Positions 36,400 to 48,959 of a stretch of 64,000 bases of DNA are shown here, piece by piece. The notes below the pieces were generated by a model that saw only the letters and a program-made list of their open reading frames with translations, had not been told where the DNA came from and did not search any database. Origin of the DNA: Raillietiella orientalis (Eukaryota); assembly GCA_036172245.1 (NCBI GenBank), contig JAYWIR010000027.1:1612001-1676000 (forward strand). The letters run 5' to 3'. A program made the translations under genes and the position numbers. Positions within the stretch are counted from its first letter, which is position 1, and the number at the start of each line of letters is the position of its first letter.

Positions 36400-38280
36400 T
36401 CTCTCTGCTTACCGACCTCCGGGACAAGGATGAGGCTCTGCTACTCCCGATCCCTCTCGATCCAGGCTGGGCACCCACGACCGCTGCCGAGACGCCGCCC
36501 TGGATCGACGACGAACGCCGTCCATCGCCTTCGAGAGACTCACGGAGCGTTCGAACCATCCGCCTGGAGCGGCAGCCAGTGGACGGCCGCTCGAAGCGGC
36601 GCAGTGTTGCATGACCGTCCACTGCCTGGCACGAGGAAACGAGTGCTGCAGTCGGACTGTCCCTTTAACCCTCCGACGAACTATCCCCAGACAAACGCCG
36701 CACCAGGCTGCTGCCTCCACTTTCCCTGGGGGATGCCGTCCGCGGTCAGACGACTCCGGGACGCGGATCGCGTCGTTTCTCCCGGTTGCTTTTGGATTCC
36801 TGGGAGGAGCGTCTCGCAGATCCCTTCGATCGTTCCTTGCTCGAAACTGGCCCTAGAGAAAGGGGATGCTACCCGCGTCTGGAAACCACGCTTGCAAGCA
36901 ACGTCGAAGGCGGCACCTCCGACGAGGCCAGCACTCGCTCCCCAGTCCATGAAACGGGACTATGAAACGGGATATTCCAGGACGACTACCATCCTCCGCG
37001 GCTGCCCGGAGGTTTCTTCGTGGTCCGTGAGGTAATCCCGAAAGGCCCTTCGAGGCCAGCGGGGGAGGCGAGCGGAGTGGGAGACCTGCAGAGGAAGCGG
37101 GCGAAGCCTTTCGAGCGCCGAAGGGCACAGATCTTCCCGGGCGTTCGAGCTCCGTCCGAAGGCCGCCTGCAGGTCACCTTCTCAGCGCAACTTCCAGACG
37201 CTCTCTTGAAAAAATGTGCCCCAAGGCGGAGGGGAAGAGACCGTTGCCGAGTGCTAGAATTCGTGTGCCGCCCAAAGGCACCGCTTGGAGAAGCTCCCTC
37301 GTGGGCGCGGCGCTGAGGCTCGAGGTTCCCCTTTCGGGATACAAGATGGCTCCAGACGAAGGCACTGCCGGCGTCGGACCAGGGTGCGATGGTGACCGCC
37401 AGGGCTCGCTTCCGCGAACCCCTCGTTCCCGCAAAAGTCGCCAGACCAGCGCCCGTGTCTCCCCCCTGGCGTTTTGCCGCGAAGAGTCTCAGAGAAACGC
37501 CGCTTCTTCCCCGGGAGGACGGCGGCGCGAAGGGCGCCACTCCGGGCGACCGTTCAGCAAGGGCGACGCCCGCGAGAGGCGGACGATGCGACGCTTCAAA
37601 ACGATGCGGCTCGTCTCGACCTCCGCGTCCCAAGCCGTGCGTCCGAGGAGCCTGGGGAAGGGCGGGATCTCGTCCCGGAACGGAGCGGCCGCGGCGCAAG
37701 GACGGCGCGCTGAATCGCCTCTCCCTGCCTCGCGGATCGACCCGCGAGGCGCGCCATCGTCTCCCACCAGCAATGCCGCGCCGACGGGAGGGGCACGGCA
37801 CTGCCTGCTCAAGGAGGAGAACCGAAGGGCACGACGAACCGGCGAGTCGCGCCGAGAGCGCTGCCTGGAAGCGAGTCGGTCCCACTCCCGGGGAGGGGAG
37901 GGAACTACTCCGGACGTCGCGCAGGGAGTCCCGGGACGAAGGAAGACCCGTTCGGTCTTCCGCTGCTTCGGGGGACCTGGAGCGGAGGGCGAAAGAGGAG
38001 GGCGCTGGCTCTTCGCGGCGCCTCCGCGGAAGCCCGTTCGAGCGTCCGTCGCCGGCTCCGAGCGACGGGCGAAGCGGCCGAAGGACCCGAAGGTTGCCGG
38101 GCGACGGCAGGGAGAAGCGGGAATGAAGCGGTGAACGCGTCGTTCCCGGGAGCACCGGTCTGGATCGCCGCCCGGGGAAGACGAGATTGGGAGGAGGGGG
38201 GAGTGGAGAAGGTAAGGGGACGGCCACGATGCGGGCGTGGTCGAGAATCTTTTCCGCTCGTTCACCCTCTCCCTTCATTC
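36400..38280 (-). mobile_element. Family C R2/NeSL-like relic, copy 2
   Basis: Contains block 3 and continues into 'ILYPERG' (thumb) and 'CGVC...LQH...QH'. Confidence 0.45.
37342..38234 (-). repeat. Block 3, copy 2 (inverted)
   Basis: Reverse complement of 11378-12270. Confidence 0.97.
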
Positions 38281-38299
38281 TCATTCATCCTACGCGGCT

Positions 38300-40250
38300 C
38301 CGAGAAATGTCCTGTTCCCTTGGAAACCGAAGTCGTCCTGGACGAAACGACCCAAGGGGCGTCTCCGTGGGGAGAAATTCTATAAAAATCCGACAGGCAG
38401 CTGCCCGTGTCGGGAGGCATCAAGTGGGCCAATTGCGGCGGCGTGCGGGCGGTTCCGGCGGCTGCGAGGATGCGCACGGGGGTGGGACAGGCAGCTATGG
38501 CAACCACCCGTCCTCCAGAAGCACGAACACTCTTCAAGGTGAAGCGGAAGTCTCCTCCAACCCCTGCATCCTCCGGGAGGATGCTCCCGAGCCCGTGAAA
38601 GACGACTGAAGCAGAAATCGAACCCCCATCCCCATCCCATCCCAGAGGTGACCCAGGAGGAATCTCGATGACGTGCCCACAAACAGGCAACGACGCGCTT
38701 TCTGCCCGCGGCAGAGAGGGCGACCCCGGAAGCTGCCCTGCGGAAAATGTGAAGGACGCCTCGGGAGACGCGAATTGAGATCTAGACCGCACCCTGGATC
38801 CAGCGTGCTGGAATTCAGAAGCGCCTGGAGATGACGGGTGCCTGCTGGAGGGCGGCGGCGCTCGACACGCCCGGCAACCTGCGCGTGACACGCAAAGATG
38901 CCGCGAATCTTCTCCGGATGCGTCCTCCGAGTGAAACGCAGGTCCCTTTGGCTCGAAGAGGCTGCGAGACGCAAGCGGAGACTGCTGCCCGTAGGATACC
39001 AGGCAGCGAGCAGAGAAGAAAGGGGAAGGAAGGGGGAAGAAGCAGCACGGGCGGCACACCCGGAGAGGACAAACGGACGGACGTGCCCTCCGGCAGGCTT
39101 TTCTGGTCTCCGCGGATGCAGAGCAGGTCAGTGTGGGGGCATCGGAGAGGTCGCCTGGCCTTCTTTCGGCATTCGTGACCAGTCATTGCAAGGAAGCAGA
39201 AGGCGTTATGGGATGCTGTTTGCCCCCCCAGGGGATGGATCGAGTGGGGAAATCGGACACTCTGAGATCTTTCAGAAAATCTCATGACCTTGCGATTGGT
39301 CAGAGGAACTTCCTCCTGAAGCACCAACGCAGTCGAAAAATGAGATGAAGAGGGAGCTTCCCTGAGGAGGAGGAACGAGAGAGGGGAGGAGGAGTAAGGC
39401 AAAAATTACTCCTCCCGAAGCTCCAGCCGCTTGGGAAAGGAAGTGGGGGGAAACCCTGGAGCACGCTTGTTTGTCACCATCCCTGGAGCGTCTGTTTAGA
39501 TGCCGAGGGGATTCCTTTCCCTGGAAGGGACACCCGGAGCTGCAGGAGGAAGTTGCCTCCCAATCCTGCGATCCCACGACTCCCTCCAGGGGATCCACGT
39601 GCCCCACGAAGGCTCTTTTGTGTGATCAACAGATGCTCTCCGGACCCTCCTTCCGAGCCGCGTGTGTCCTGGAGTGATGCGCGTTCTTCCGGAAATCCAA
39701 GACGGAAAGAGGGTCAGCGAGGTGAGGAAGGGATTGCCGGAAGGTGGGGAGGGGATCCAGGGAAAGGAAAGCCTGGACCTTCTGGTCTCCGCAACTGACG
39801 TCGCAGTCTTCCGGCGACGTTGCGAGCGCGACCCTCTCTGACCCGGGCTTCACGTGGTTAACTTCTGAGGACACAAAGGCCTGTTCCAACAGCACAGGCC
39901 TTTGTGTTTCTGCCTGATTCCGGAGTGAGTTCTCTCGGACACGTCCAGGAGGTCCAGCTGGTCGCTCGGCATCTCCGTCGCCACCTACCGAGATTGTGCT
40001 GCCTCGGCGACCACGGAAAGCGAACAGGAAGTGGCGCTTGGGGGGGGGGGGAGGTTCCTGGTTCTCCTCCCTTCCCCGCTGCTCGCTGCTCGCCCCACGC
40101 TCCGGAAGAGGCAGCGGCGCACCTGAACTGCTGCGGTTGTCCTCGTGAAAAGCACAGAAACACTCGGGAAAGAAGGAGCGAGGCGGGAGCAGTCGGAAGA
40201 AAGGAGGAGCGTGACATGACCCTGAGGCGCATCCGCCGGGAAGTGGGTGG
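38300..40250 (+). mobile_element. Decayed I/ingi-like LINE (RT, RNase H, CCHC)
   Basis: 'VVLDETTQGASPW' (RT3), 'NLDDV' (RT5), 'VSWSDARSSGNP' (RNase H W..H.G..GN), 'PEEAAAHLNCCGCP' (CCHC). Confidence 0.4.
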
Positions 40251-41345
40251 AGTTCCCCGTGGGTTTCTCTTACGAGGGCACGCGCTGCAAAACTGGGGCC
40301 AATCCTGATTCGGCCGGTCCTGGAACGGGGAACAAACGCTCACTACCGTTGGTTAAGGAACGACGCTCTCCAATGGTTCCGCTCGTCGTTCCGGCAGGGG
40401 ACCCCCAAGAGGACCACCCTCGCTTTGAAGCTTGCTTTCCCCCCCCCCTTCACCGTTTCCTCAGTTTTTCCGCTCGAGCGCCCATTTTCCCCAGGATGGC
40501 TGGACACCTGTTTCATTTCCGCCGAGGACCATCGGCGCAGCCTTCTGAAGTCCCTGCGAGGCACCGCAGCTATCGCAGGCGGGGGCCGCCGAAGCCCGGT
40601 CGAAGGCAGTCTCTCCTTTCCGACACTCCTCCCTCACTTCCTCCGAGTAACTGGGGCTCCCCTTCTCGCCGCTTCGCCTCCCTTCCTTTCTCCATCTACC
40701 CTCCCGGCCATTGCCACTCTGCCGCCTCACACGGTTCCTCTGCGCCTGGCGTTTTCCGGCTGAGCTCCTTCGTGGCTGCTCAGTTCGTCTTGCGTGGAGG
40801 GTTGCCAAGGAAACGAGAGTGTTCGAGAGGCCGGAAGTGTCGATTCTCATGTCTTTTTTTTCTTTCTTAATCTCCAAGAGGAAACGAAGACGCTGAGGAC
40901 CCCGCAAGGGTCTTCCGGCATCCTCTTTGATCCGGGATACGAACGCTGAGCCTGCACCCCTTCCCCCTCCCCCTTGGTTGACTGGCGCCGTTGACGGGAG
41001 GGGGGAGCAGAGAACCTTGCAGGTTCTGGGAACTGGGAGGAGAGCTCGCGGAGCAGACGGACGTGCACACCAGGGAGCAGCTGATTTACGAACAAATCCT
41101 TTCCGGTCAGGAAGAGCACCGAAAGATGCTGCTCCCCGGCGCTCAGGACCGGGCACCATAAAAGATGCGCATTCTCGCTTTGCCGGTTCTCATCTCCTCT
41201 CGATGCCATTAGCACCTGGAGCGATCGCATCTGGAGGATAGATCATCCACAGGATCTCATTTCAGTATCCGAAAGCACCTGCTGCTGCTCCGCACGCTGG
41301 AGCATCCAAGCAATTGGCTTCCAGACCATGAAGTTCTCTCTCCTT

Positions 41346-41375
41346 TGTGTGTGTGCGTGTGTGTGTGTGTGTGTG
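41346..41375. repeat. (GT)n microsatellite
   Basis: Directly visible, with one interruption. Confidence 0.95.
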
Positions 41376-41749
41376 TTTCTCGACCCCTCTCAACGGCAGG
41401 AGCAGCATCCGCTCACCCGAAGCACCACGCAGGGCTGAGCGGTCGCGTGCCTCGGATAGGTCGTCCTGCGGACGGGATTTCCAGACCAGACTGTAGTTCG
41501 AAGGACCGCGGTGGAACCTTCTTCTTGTGCTGCTCAAGGAAGGAAGTGGGGGATGAGGGAGGAGCGCTTTCTCTCCCGGCCTCGGGGCCCCGCATTCGCC
41601 GCGGCGAGCGAAGCTGCCCCTCCTGAACCGGTCGACTTCCGAGAGAGGAAGCAGGCAGGTGTGCGTGGCGAATCGATGCGTCCCTAGCAACGCAACAATC
41701 CCCCCCCTCCTTCCACCTTCAGCACAGACTGGTGCTCGCTCTCTCAAAG

Positions 41750-43040
41750 CTTAGGAAAGCAATGAGTCCCTAGCAACCCAACAATGCCCCCTTACTTCCG
41801 CCCTTCCGAGCAGGCGAGGAGTTCGTAGGTCCGAGGGACGTCTTCTGGGCAAGCGGGAGTCCACGTGCGCTTCGAAGTTCGAGCCATCGTCCTCCCCGAG
41901 GAGCGAACGTAGGCTATCTGCGAACGGAATCTTCCTGAGATGCTGCGGAAAGGATTTTTGGTACCACCCTCGAGTACCGTTCCCTCTACGCATGGGCCGA
42001 AGACTAGATCGAGGAGCGACAGACGCCTTTCCTGTGCGTTGGTCGAGTTTCGAAGCGAGCCTTGCGGGCACCTACCATCCCTCCCCGACGGCGCGCTCTG
42101 CCCCCAAAAGTTCCCAGCGACTCCGATTCTCCTCCTTTCCACCAACTTGGGATTCGTGAGTGGTTAGCAAGGCGACACGGTTTCCGTTGTGAGCATCTCC
42201 TACGAATGCTACTACCGTGGATCCCCAGCTCTCCAGCCCAATGCAAGGCAGTGAGGCGTCCAGAGCTGGCTGCTCCCTCGGCCTAAAACTTGCTGCACCA
42301 CCGGGATCTGTTCTTGGGTCAGCATGTGGAGGGTCACCATCCTTTCCACATGATCGGCCACCTTGCTGCTGTTACGTTGCCCTTGGAGCGCGAGACACTT
42401 GTTAGGGGTGTTCTTTTACAAATTTGCCGCAGCGTTCAATCAACTCCTCTACCTTCACTGTCTCTCTGACCTTTCAGTTTGATCCCCCGCTCGAAGATCG
42501 GTGTCGCAAGGGTTTTGTCATCTCGCCTGCTGGACCAATCTGTAGGTCACCTGGAGCGGTGGATGCCGCTGTCTCCTTCCCTATGCGCTCTGCCCATCCC
42601 TTGAACCTCCTTCGGCTCTCGCAGAGTAGCTCCTTCTTTTTGGCAGACCCCACCATCCTGGCGACCGCGCCCTTAGATGGATGCTGGCGCTCTTCTCTCG
42701 GCAAGCTTGGACAGACCGTCCCCTTCGCCTCGTCTATTCCGATGCTCCAGGCAGAAGCATCGGAGTGGGAGCAGGCGACGGTGACGACTTCCACCACCGT
42801 TCCCGGAGCGCCGGATCCGGTCGCAGGTCCGTAGCCCCTCTGGGAACAGGAGTCGAGACCCACCCTCCTCGTGCCTCCTTCCGATGACTTCTCCCTCGTT
42901 CCCGATGCAGCGGTTGAGGGACCCCTTCCTCACCACGCACCTCCTGCACAGGAGGCCGACACCGCCGCGGTGAGCGGCGCCCGGACAGATAGAGGGTTGG
43001 ACTGCGTTGCAGGGAAACTTCAAAAATGCAAGAAGATGAT
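41750..43040 (-). mobile_element. Decayed R4/Dong-like thumb, CCHC and RLE region
   Basis: 'IHLRARSPGWWGLP' (GG.GL), 'CGKFVKE', 'MLTQEQIP' (A.QEQ), 'HNGNRVA' (RHN.VA). Confidence 0.35.
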
Positions 43041-43049
43041 GACTACAAG

Positions 43050-43545
43050 CTTCCTTTCTCGCCCCCAGGAACCCAAGGATCAGCTCGAGAGATTGCGGCG
43101 GGCTCGCTGGCGGTCCCGTGCTTCCCTCCCGCGAATGCGGCGACGGTGTCCTGCAGGAGGGGTGGGAGGTGGGCGTGCGAAGGGAGGCTACTGGACGGCG
43201 GCTTCGACGCCCAGCGTCCGATGCGGAAAAAGGAGCATCCCTGGACGCACCGGCTGGGGCCGAACGTTCTCCGAACGGGAGCACACACACCCATGTGGTC
43301 GGGAACACCGGGGGGAGGTGCGCACGTGCATGCGCCGTGCGTCAAATGGGCGTACTCGACGTCTCGACGGCCAGCGGAAGGCTGCGGGTTCGAATACCGG
43401 CTGGGAGCCGTCCGGTCCATCTTTAGCGCGTCGGGAAGTGTCCCGGCTGCTGAGCGCTCGTTGCAGGGCAGCAGCCCTCGGGCAACGGAGAGGAAGCTAG
43501 ACGGACGTCGAGGAAAGGGCTGGAAGGTGTGGGAACTCCCCCCCC
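43050..43545 (+). mobile_element. Family A, diverged copy 3
   Basis: Aligns with ~825-1275 with a ~60-bp indel; B-box GGTTCGAATACC at 43387-43398. Confidence 0.85.
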
Positions 43546-43559
43546 TCCCCTTTCGCACC

Positions 43560-45060
43560 CCTTTGCGCAGTCACGGTGTCTTCCCAGTCGCTGAATGAGC
43601 TCCAGGCTCGTCCTCCGAGAAAGTCGAGATCGGCCAACGAGCTCTGGGAGATTTGCAGATATTTCCATCACGAGGATCTCGCGTGTCGCAGCGACTCCTC
43701 CTCCCCTCTCTCCTTTGCCTTCACCAGGGCAACGCCTCGTAGTCTTCCACGTCGCGAGCGTCCCGCCATCTGCAGCCCTGCGCGCGGGATTCGCTCACGC
43801 TCGCTTCGTACCGCGCGTGCGATGCACGGCTCTTCCCGTTCCTCCTCCTCCCAACCTTGCATTCTACCTCTCTGCTCCCATCGGAAACCGTTCCTGCGGG
43901 ATGGGCCCTCCCGCTTTCTCGAGTCAATTAGGACGCAGATGTGGAGCCATTCATCTCCTTTTCATTAGCCGCGCGGCTAATGAGAAAGCTGTTTACCGAA
44001 AGGTCCCGGAGCTTTGCACGTGCACGCGCATCTCTCGGACCGGAGTTCCCACTAAGCCGCGGTCCACCTCCCTGGCTCTGGCGGGAATCTCGAAATGTTT
44101 TCTGCCTCCGCGGTCAGGTTGCGGTCGGGGCTTCGTCCCCTCCACCGGCACAGGTCTAATCCTTCCGGGCAGACAGCTGACCCGCCCGCGACAACGAAGC
44201 CGCGTCGAATAGATCTGCTCAGCTCCCCCGCGGGTGCTGCCGGCACCCGAGTCCTCCCGTCGGCGTCTTTTTCCGAATGAGGAAGGAGCGCAGTTAGACT
44301 GCTCTGTTGATCACCGGCCAGTCTTCGATCTGCGCCTCGGGAAGGCGAGGCCGAAAGGGTCCCATCGTCCTCCAGTCATCTGCAGCAGCGAACGGCTCCA
44401 CCGGCTGCGGAGCGAAGGAACGCCGAAGCTTCCCTTGCACCTCCGTGTCGAGCATTCCACGTGGATGGAGAGAAGGGCTTTGCTTTCCCCTCTTCCCTCG
44501 GATCTCTTCCTTGCTTTTCGTCCTTCCCGCAATCAGTTTCTGAGGCCGCGGCGTCGCCTCAGCAACCCGCAGAGCGGCCGCGCATCTCCTTACGCTCTCA
44601 GGCGCCTGATACTCTCAAGAACGCGAACGGAGCCCCCATCGAGGCAGCCTTCCTGCCTTTCCTGGAGGATGTATCCGGCGAAGAGAGCCTCCCTGCTGGA
44701 CCACTTCATCCCGAATTGCCGAGACTCCACTGGAAGCGAAGGAACAGGAAGGACGCTGCAGTCGTAAAGGACCGACTCGAAACCGAGGGGGGCGGCGCCA
44801 CTGCTGGGGTCAGGCTCAGGGAGGACGCGCGGAACCCAGCACCGCTGGAAAACCTAACGAAGAGAGAAATCGGGAACGGCCACGGCGAACCCGACACCAG
44901 GGGCCCCCAGGGACCGGGTCGCGCAGCAGCGACCGGGGAGAACCAGCGGGTCTCGGGCGTTCCCGAGACTGCAAGCATGGTCCCGACAGGCCTACGGGTC
45001 TGCCACCCCGGGTCACGGTTTCTCGGTCAGGAGTGAGGGAGGTAGCGTGCGTCTCCCCGG
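43560..45060 (+). mobile_element. Family C R2/NeSL-like relic, copy 3
   Basis: 'LPVPPPPNLAF' matches 'LPPPPNLVF' at 11.4 kb; 'LLDHFIPNC' (H....C); 'RKDAAVVKDRL'. Confidence 0.45.
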
Positions 45061-46372
45061 GCTGACGTCCACCCTCATCACCCGCTCCGGAGGCAACCGT
45101 CGCGCGCGAGCAGCAGCGAATGGACGGAGGCTCCCCGCCGACCGGGCTTGCCACAGCTGGCAACGGACATCTCTTGAAACGGGCGCCGTGGGGCGGCGCC
45201 GGGGAGATGCCTCGCAGACGCGCGCATCCATCCGTCCCTGACGCAGCCTCCCGCACCGAAGGGTGCGTGCTGTGGCAGGGTTCCCACCCGCAGCGGCGGG
45301 TGCCATTCCTCCCCGCTGGAGCGCGAGGGAGGCGTTCTTCGTCCCGGGGGAGTAGCAGCCTAGCGCGCCGGCGAGATGGGAGCCTGCCGGCGGAGCAGCA
45401 GCGGAAGGCGGCGCCGACCGCCAAGGCCGGCATCCCGAAGGTTCCGCGGCGAGCGCCTAGTCGACGTCTCGCCGAGCCCGGAAAGGGGACGGCGGCAGCA
45501 TCCCTGCACGCGAGGAAATCCAAGCGGCCTCGAGACGCCCTTCCATCCCCCGCCCAGCCCCCGGAGAATCCCGCAGAGGACGCCTGCCCTCCTTGGCCAC
45601 CCTCGATCCCCCACCCCGTCTGCAGGCGGCGGCGACGTTTCCCCCGTTTCGACCGATGGGCGTCCGATGCGAACCCGCCAGCCCGATGGCGGTGGCGGCG
45701 GTGGCGGCGGCGGCGGCGGCGCGCCAGTGCTGGAGGGTGTGGGAGGGGAGAGGGCCGCGTCTCCACGTTCCCACGACTCCGAACGCCCCCCTCCTCCTTC
45801 CCTCGCACGCTCGCTGGGCCGTCGGCATGCGGGTGCGGGGAACTGCGCACTCGGCAGCGGCACCCACGGTCGGGACCCACGGCCCTCCTAACCCTCGAGT
45901 GATCCGGGGAAAGTGGGGCCCCAGCTCGAAAGACCACGCCTGGCACCAGTGTGAAGGCGGTGGGTGGCCCACGCGCGGGTCGGCGTCGCGGGTGCTGGGC
46001 ACGGTGCGAGGATGGTGGATCGATCCGCCCGGTTCCTGGTTGCCTGGGTGATGATGCCAATCTTTTCCCCCCTTCCTCTTCCTCATACTCCTCCTCTTCT
46101 TCGTCGTCGTTACCGTGGTTCTCTCGCGCGCCACCATCCTCGAGATCACCTCGGGATGGCGGGCGCTCTGCCTCTCCCGGCAGAGCTAACGGCGGGACAT
46201 CTCCGCGTCCAAGTGACCTCGACCCGTTTTCGGAGTTCGGGCTGGCGGCCAAGCTGGGCATGGTGGTGGAGTGCGTTGACCGGCCTCGGGTTGCGGCTCC
46301 CTCCCTCCGGGCGGGGGATTCCATGTTCCGGGAGACTCCCGCCGCCCGGTGTCCCCTTCCGACTGGGAGGTG
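44745..46372 (+). repeat. Block 2, copy 2
   Basis: Matches 13010-14642. Confidence 0.97.
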
Positions 46373-47720
46373 CCTGTGCAGCGCAGAGGACGGCGGTAGT
46401 GGCGTCCATGTGATCTCAATCCCTGCGCATCCCGGAGGGAGGCCTCGGAGAGATTACGCTCGCTGCACCGGTCAATTCGAGTGTCCGTGCCACCCCTATT
46501 TGTCCGCTGGCCCTCCTCCCAGTAACCCCTTGCTAGTGGTGTTTGTTCAGTTCTGGTATCTGCCGGTGGGCGCGCCTGGCCCTCTCCGCATGCTCCCGGC
46601 TGCTAGCCCGGAGCAAGGCTTTCATTGCACCCTCCCTCCCTCCCTGCACGGTGCTTTCGGGGTGCTCCCCGTGTCTTCCAGCGAGAGGGGCTGGAAGGGG
46701 AGTGTCGATTTTCCGGGTGCAGAGCCCGGAGGTCAGGATGAAGCGCCGGATGCTGCAAGAGTGGGTCCGGGCTTCCACCTCAAGGGCCCCCGCACCTATC
46801 AATTTCTTCAAAGTTTCCCTTCCCCCCCCCCCCCCCCCAATACTTCGCCGCAGAACTGTAGCCCTCGACTCACCCTCGCTGTCGGCGGGCCGCTTTCCTC
46901 TCAAGAGAGGGCACAACTGCTTCCCGCCGGTGGTCTCAAACGACGCTTCCGGCTCGGGCACGAACTCCATCTCCATAGCAACTTTCTCCTCCCTTCCTCC
47001 CCTTCCTGTTGGCCCTCTCCAGCCTCAGAGGTTTTCAACGCCGCTCTCGCCCAGAGCCCCCTCTTCTGGGGTTGCCCTTCTTGATGACGCTCCTTCCTGA
47101 AAAAGAAAACAAAATGGCGCCCCGTGCCCTCTTCCCCGGCGTATTTCGGGTGCTTTCTGCTTTCCTAAAAGGAGGGTTCCCGCGACGGCTTCCTGGAGGC
47201 CGTGGGGCAGCATGTCATCCCTCATGGGCACAGGACGCGGGCATCTCGGGGCGCCTCTCTCGAGGGGCAACTGCCGCAAGAGCCCAGCCGCGAGGAGGGG
47301 CACCCGATCTGAGATAAGGCGGGCGCGCCAGATCCCCTGGTGTTCCGTGGAGGAGGAGAGAAGGGGGGAAAGAAGTCACGGACTGGCACCCCTGCTTCCT
47401 TTGAGTCACCGCCGGGGGAAGCTTCCCGTCCTTGCGCTCGGAGGCGGCGTCCGGTGGCACGCTGGCGATCGACTGTTTGTTTCGGGCGTGCCCCCCCCCC
47501 CCCCCTCCGGGCGCAGATGCAGGCGCGGGTCTTTCCAAGAGTCCCCTTGGTCAGCTGGACCTTCGGAGCTCAGGCGATCCAGAACAGCAACTTCCTTCGC
47601 CCTCGGGTCCCGAACCCGAGAGCGGCTGCTCTGTCGGTGAGCTCGGCTGCCGAACGGGAGGAACCGCACCGGCGCAGGCAGCCGCCAGGCACTGGGTGCT
47701 GCTTCCGGCAGCAGCAAAGG
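45130..47720 (-). mobile_element. Decayed CRE-like element (RT to RLE)
   Basis: 'RLHLRPEGGGG' (RT1), 'KKGNP' (QGDP), 'AQAPPSRKG' (thumb), plus RLE motifs shared with 13.4-14.6 kb. Confidence 0.45.
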
Positions 47721-48959
47721 CGCACCATGGGCTTCTCACCTGCCACCTAACGGTCCCCGTTCTATTTAAAAGGAGCCTCACTGCAGTGTGAGGAAAGGAG
47801 AGATGGGGGGAGGAGGGGGAGGGGGGATTCTGATTTTTTTTTCATCGTCTGCGTGAATCACGACTTGCGGTCCAAATATGCACGCTCATCCTCTCCTCCG
47901 CAGAGGAGGAGGAGGAGGAGGAAGGGAGAGGTCGTTTCCGAAAATAGCGAAGCATAGGGTGAGCCCACGCCCCGTGACCTCTTCCTCGTTCGATCCACCG
48001 GGAGGGGGAGGGGAGCGAACGAACGACACCACGCGCGTCTCCTCTTCGCCTCTCGCACGAAGACCGACGCGCCGCCGAGCGCCGCCGCCTGTGGACTTGG
48101 CCGCGATTACACGATTGGGTGGTTGCTGTTCACGGGTAGCCGGCGGTCTGGCGAGCGTCCTTGAAAGCTCCTCGCCCCCACGTCTTCTCTCCCGCTCCTC
48201 GCTTTCTCTCCCTCCCTCCCCTCTCTCTCTCCTTTTCCTTGTTCTTCTTCTAATTTCGGGTGAAGCATCGGAGCGGCCGACTGGGCAGCGGTCCGCGGCG
48301 TGAGCCCGTGCGCGCGCGTTTAGCTCGGACTGACGACGGCGGCGATGGCGGCCACCGCGCCGTGGCTCCCGCCGCCTTCCGCCCGCCCGGACGGAACAGC
48401 TTCGGTGGCTGCCGGGGAAAACGAGGCGGTTGCAGCCGCGCTTTCCTCAAGCTGAGGAGGAGGGGACCGTCCGACGTCGCCTGCCCTGAATCGTCGGAGG
48501 CAGCGGTTCGGCGGCGGAAAGAGAAAAGCACTGCGTTTTTCGGCAGCATCCACGTCCAATGCCTTCGAGAGTGGCTGCGAGCCGCCGCCGCCGGCAGGGT
48601 CGCGGCGCGCCGTGGCGATTCCTGCCTCCGGAATCCTCCGGAAACTGGGTTCCTCACGGCCTGTTTTTAGATGTCTTCCAGCATAAACAAGCAAGCAGAT
48701 TTTTGTCTCCGACAGAATCCAAGGATGGATCTGATTCATCTCCCCTGTTGGAAAGATCTATCTTTTTTTTTTTTGCTTTTCTTTTCTTCTTCTTCGCAAT
48801 GCAGAAGAAGAGGAGCTTTCGCTTCTGTCCGAGGCTTTCGAGTTTGTCTTAGCGGAGCGCGAAGGCAAAGCAGGAAAAAAACTCCCCGTTTCAATCGCTA
48901 TTTTTATTCTCGAGATCGGCCTCTCTTCTTATTTTCTCTCCTTCCGTGGGAGGAGTGAA

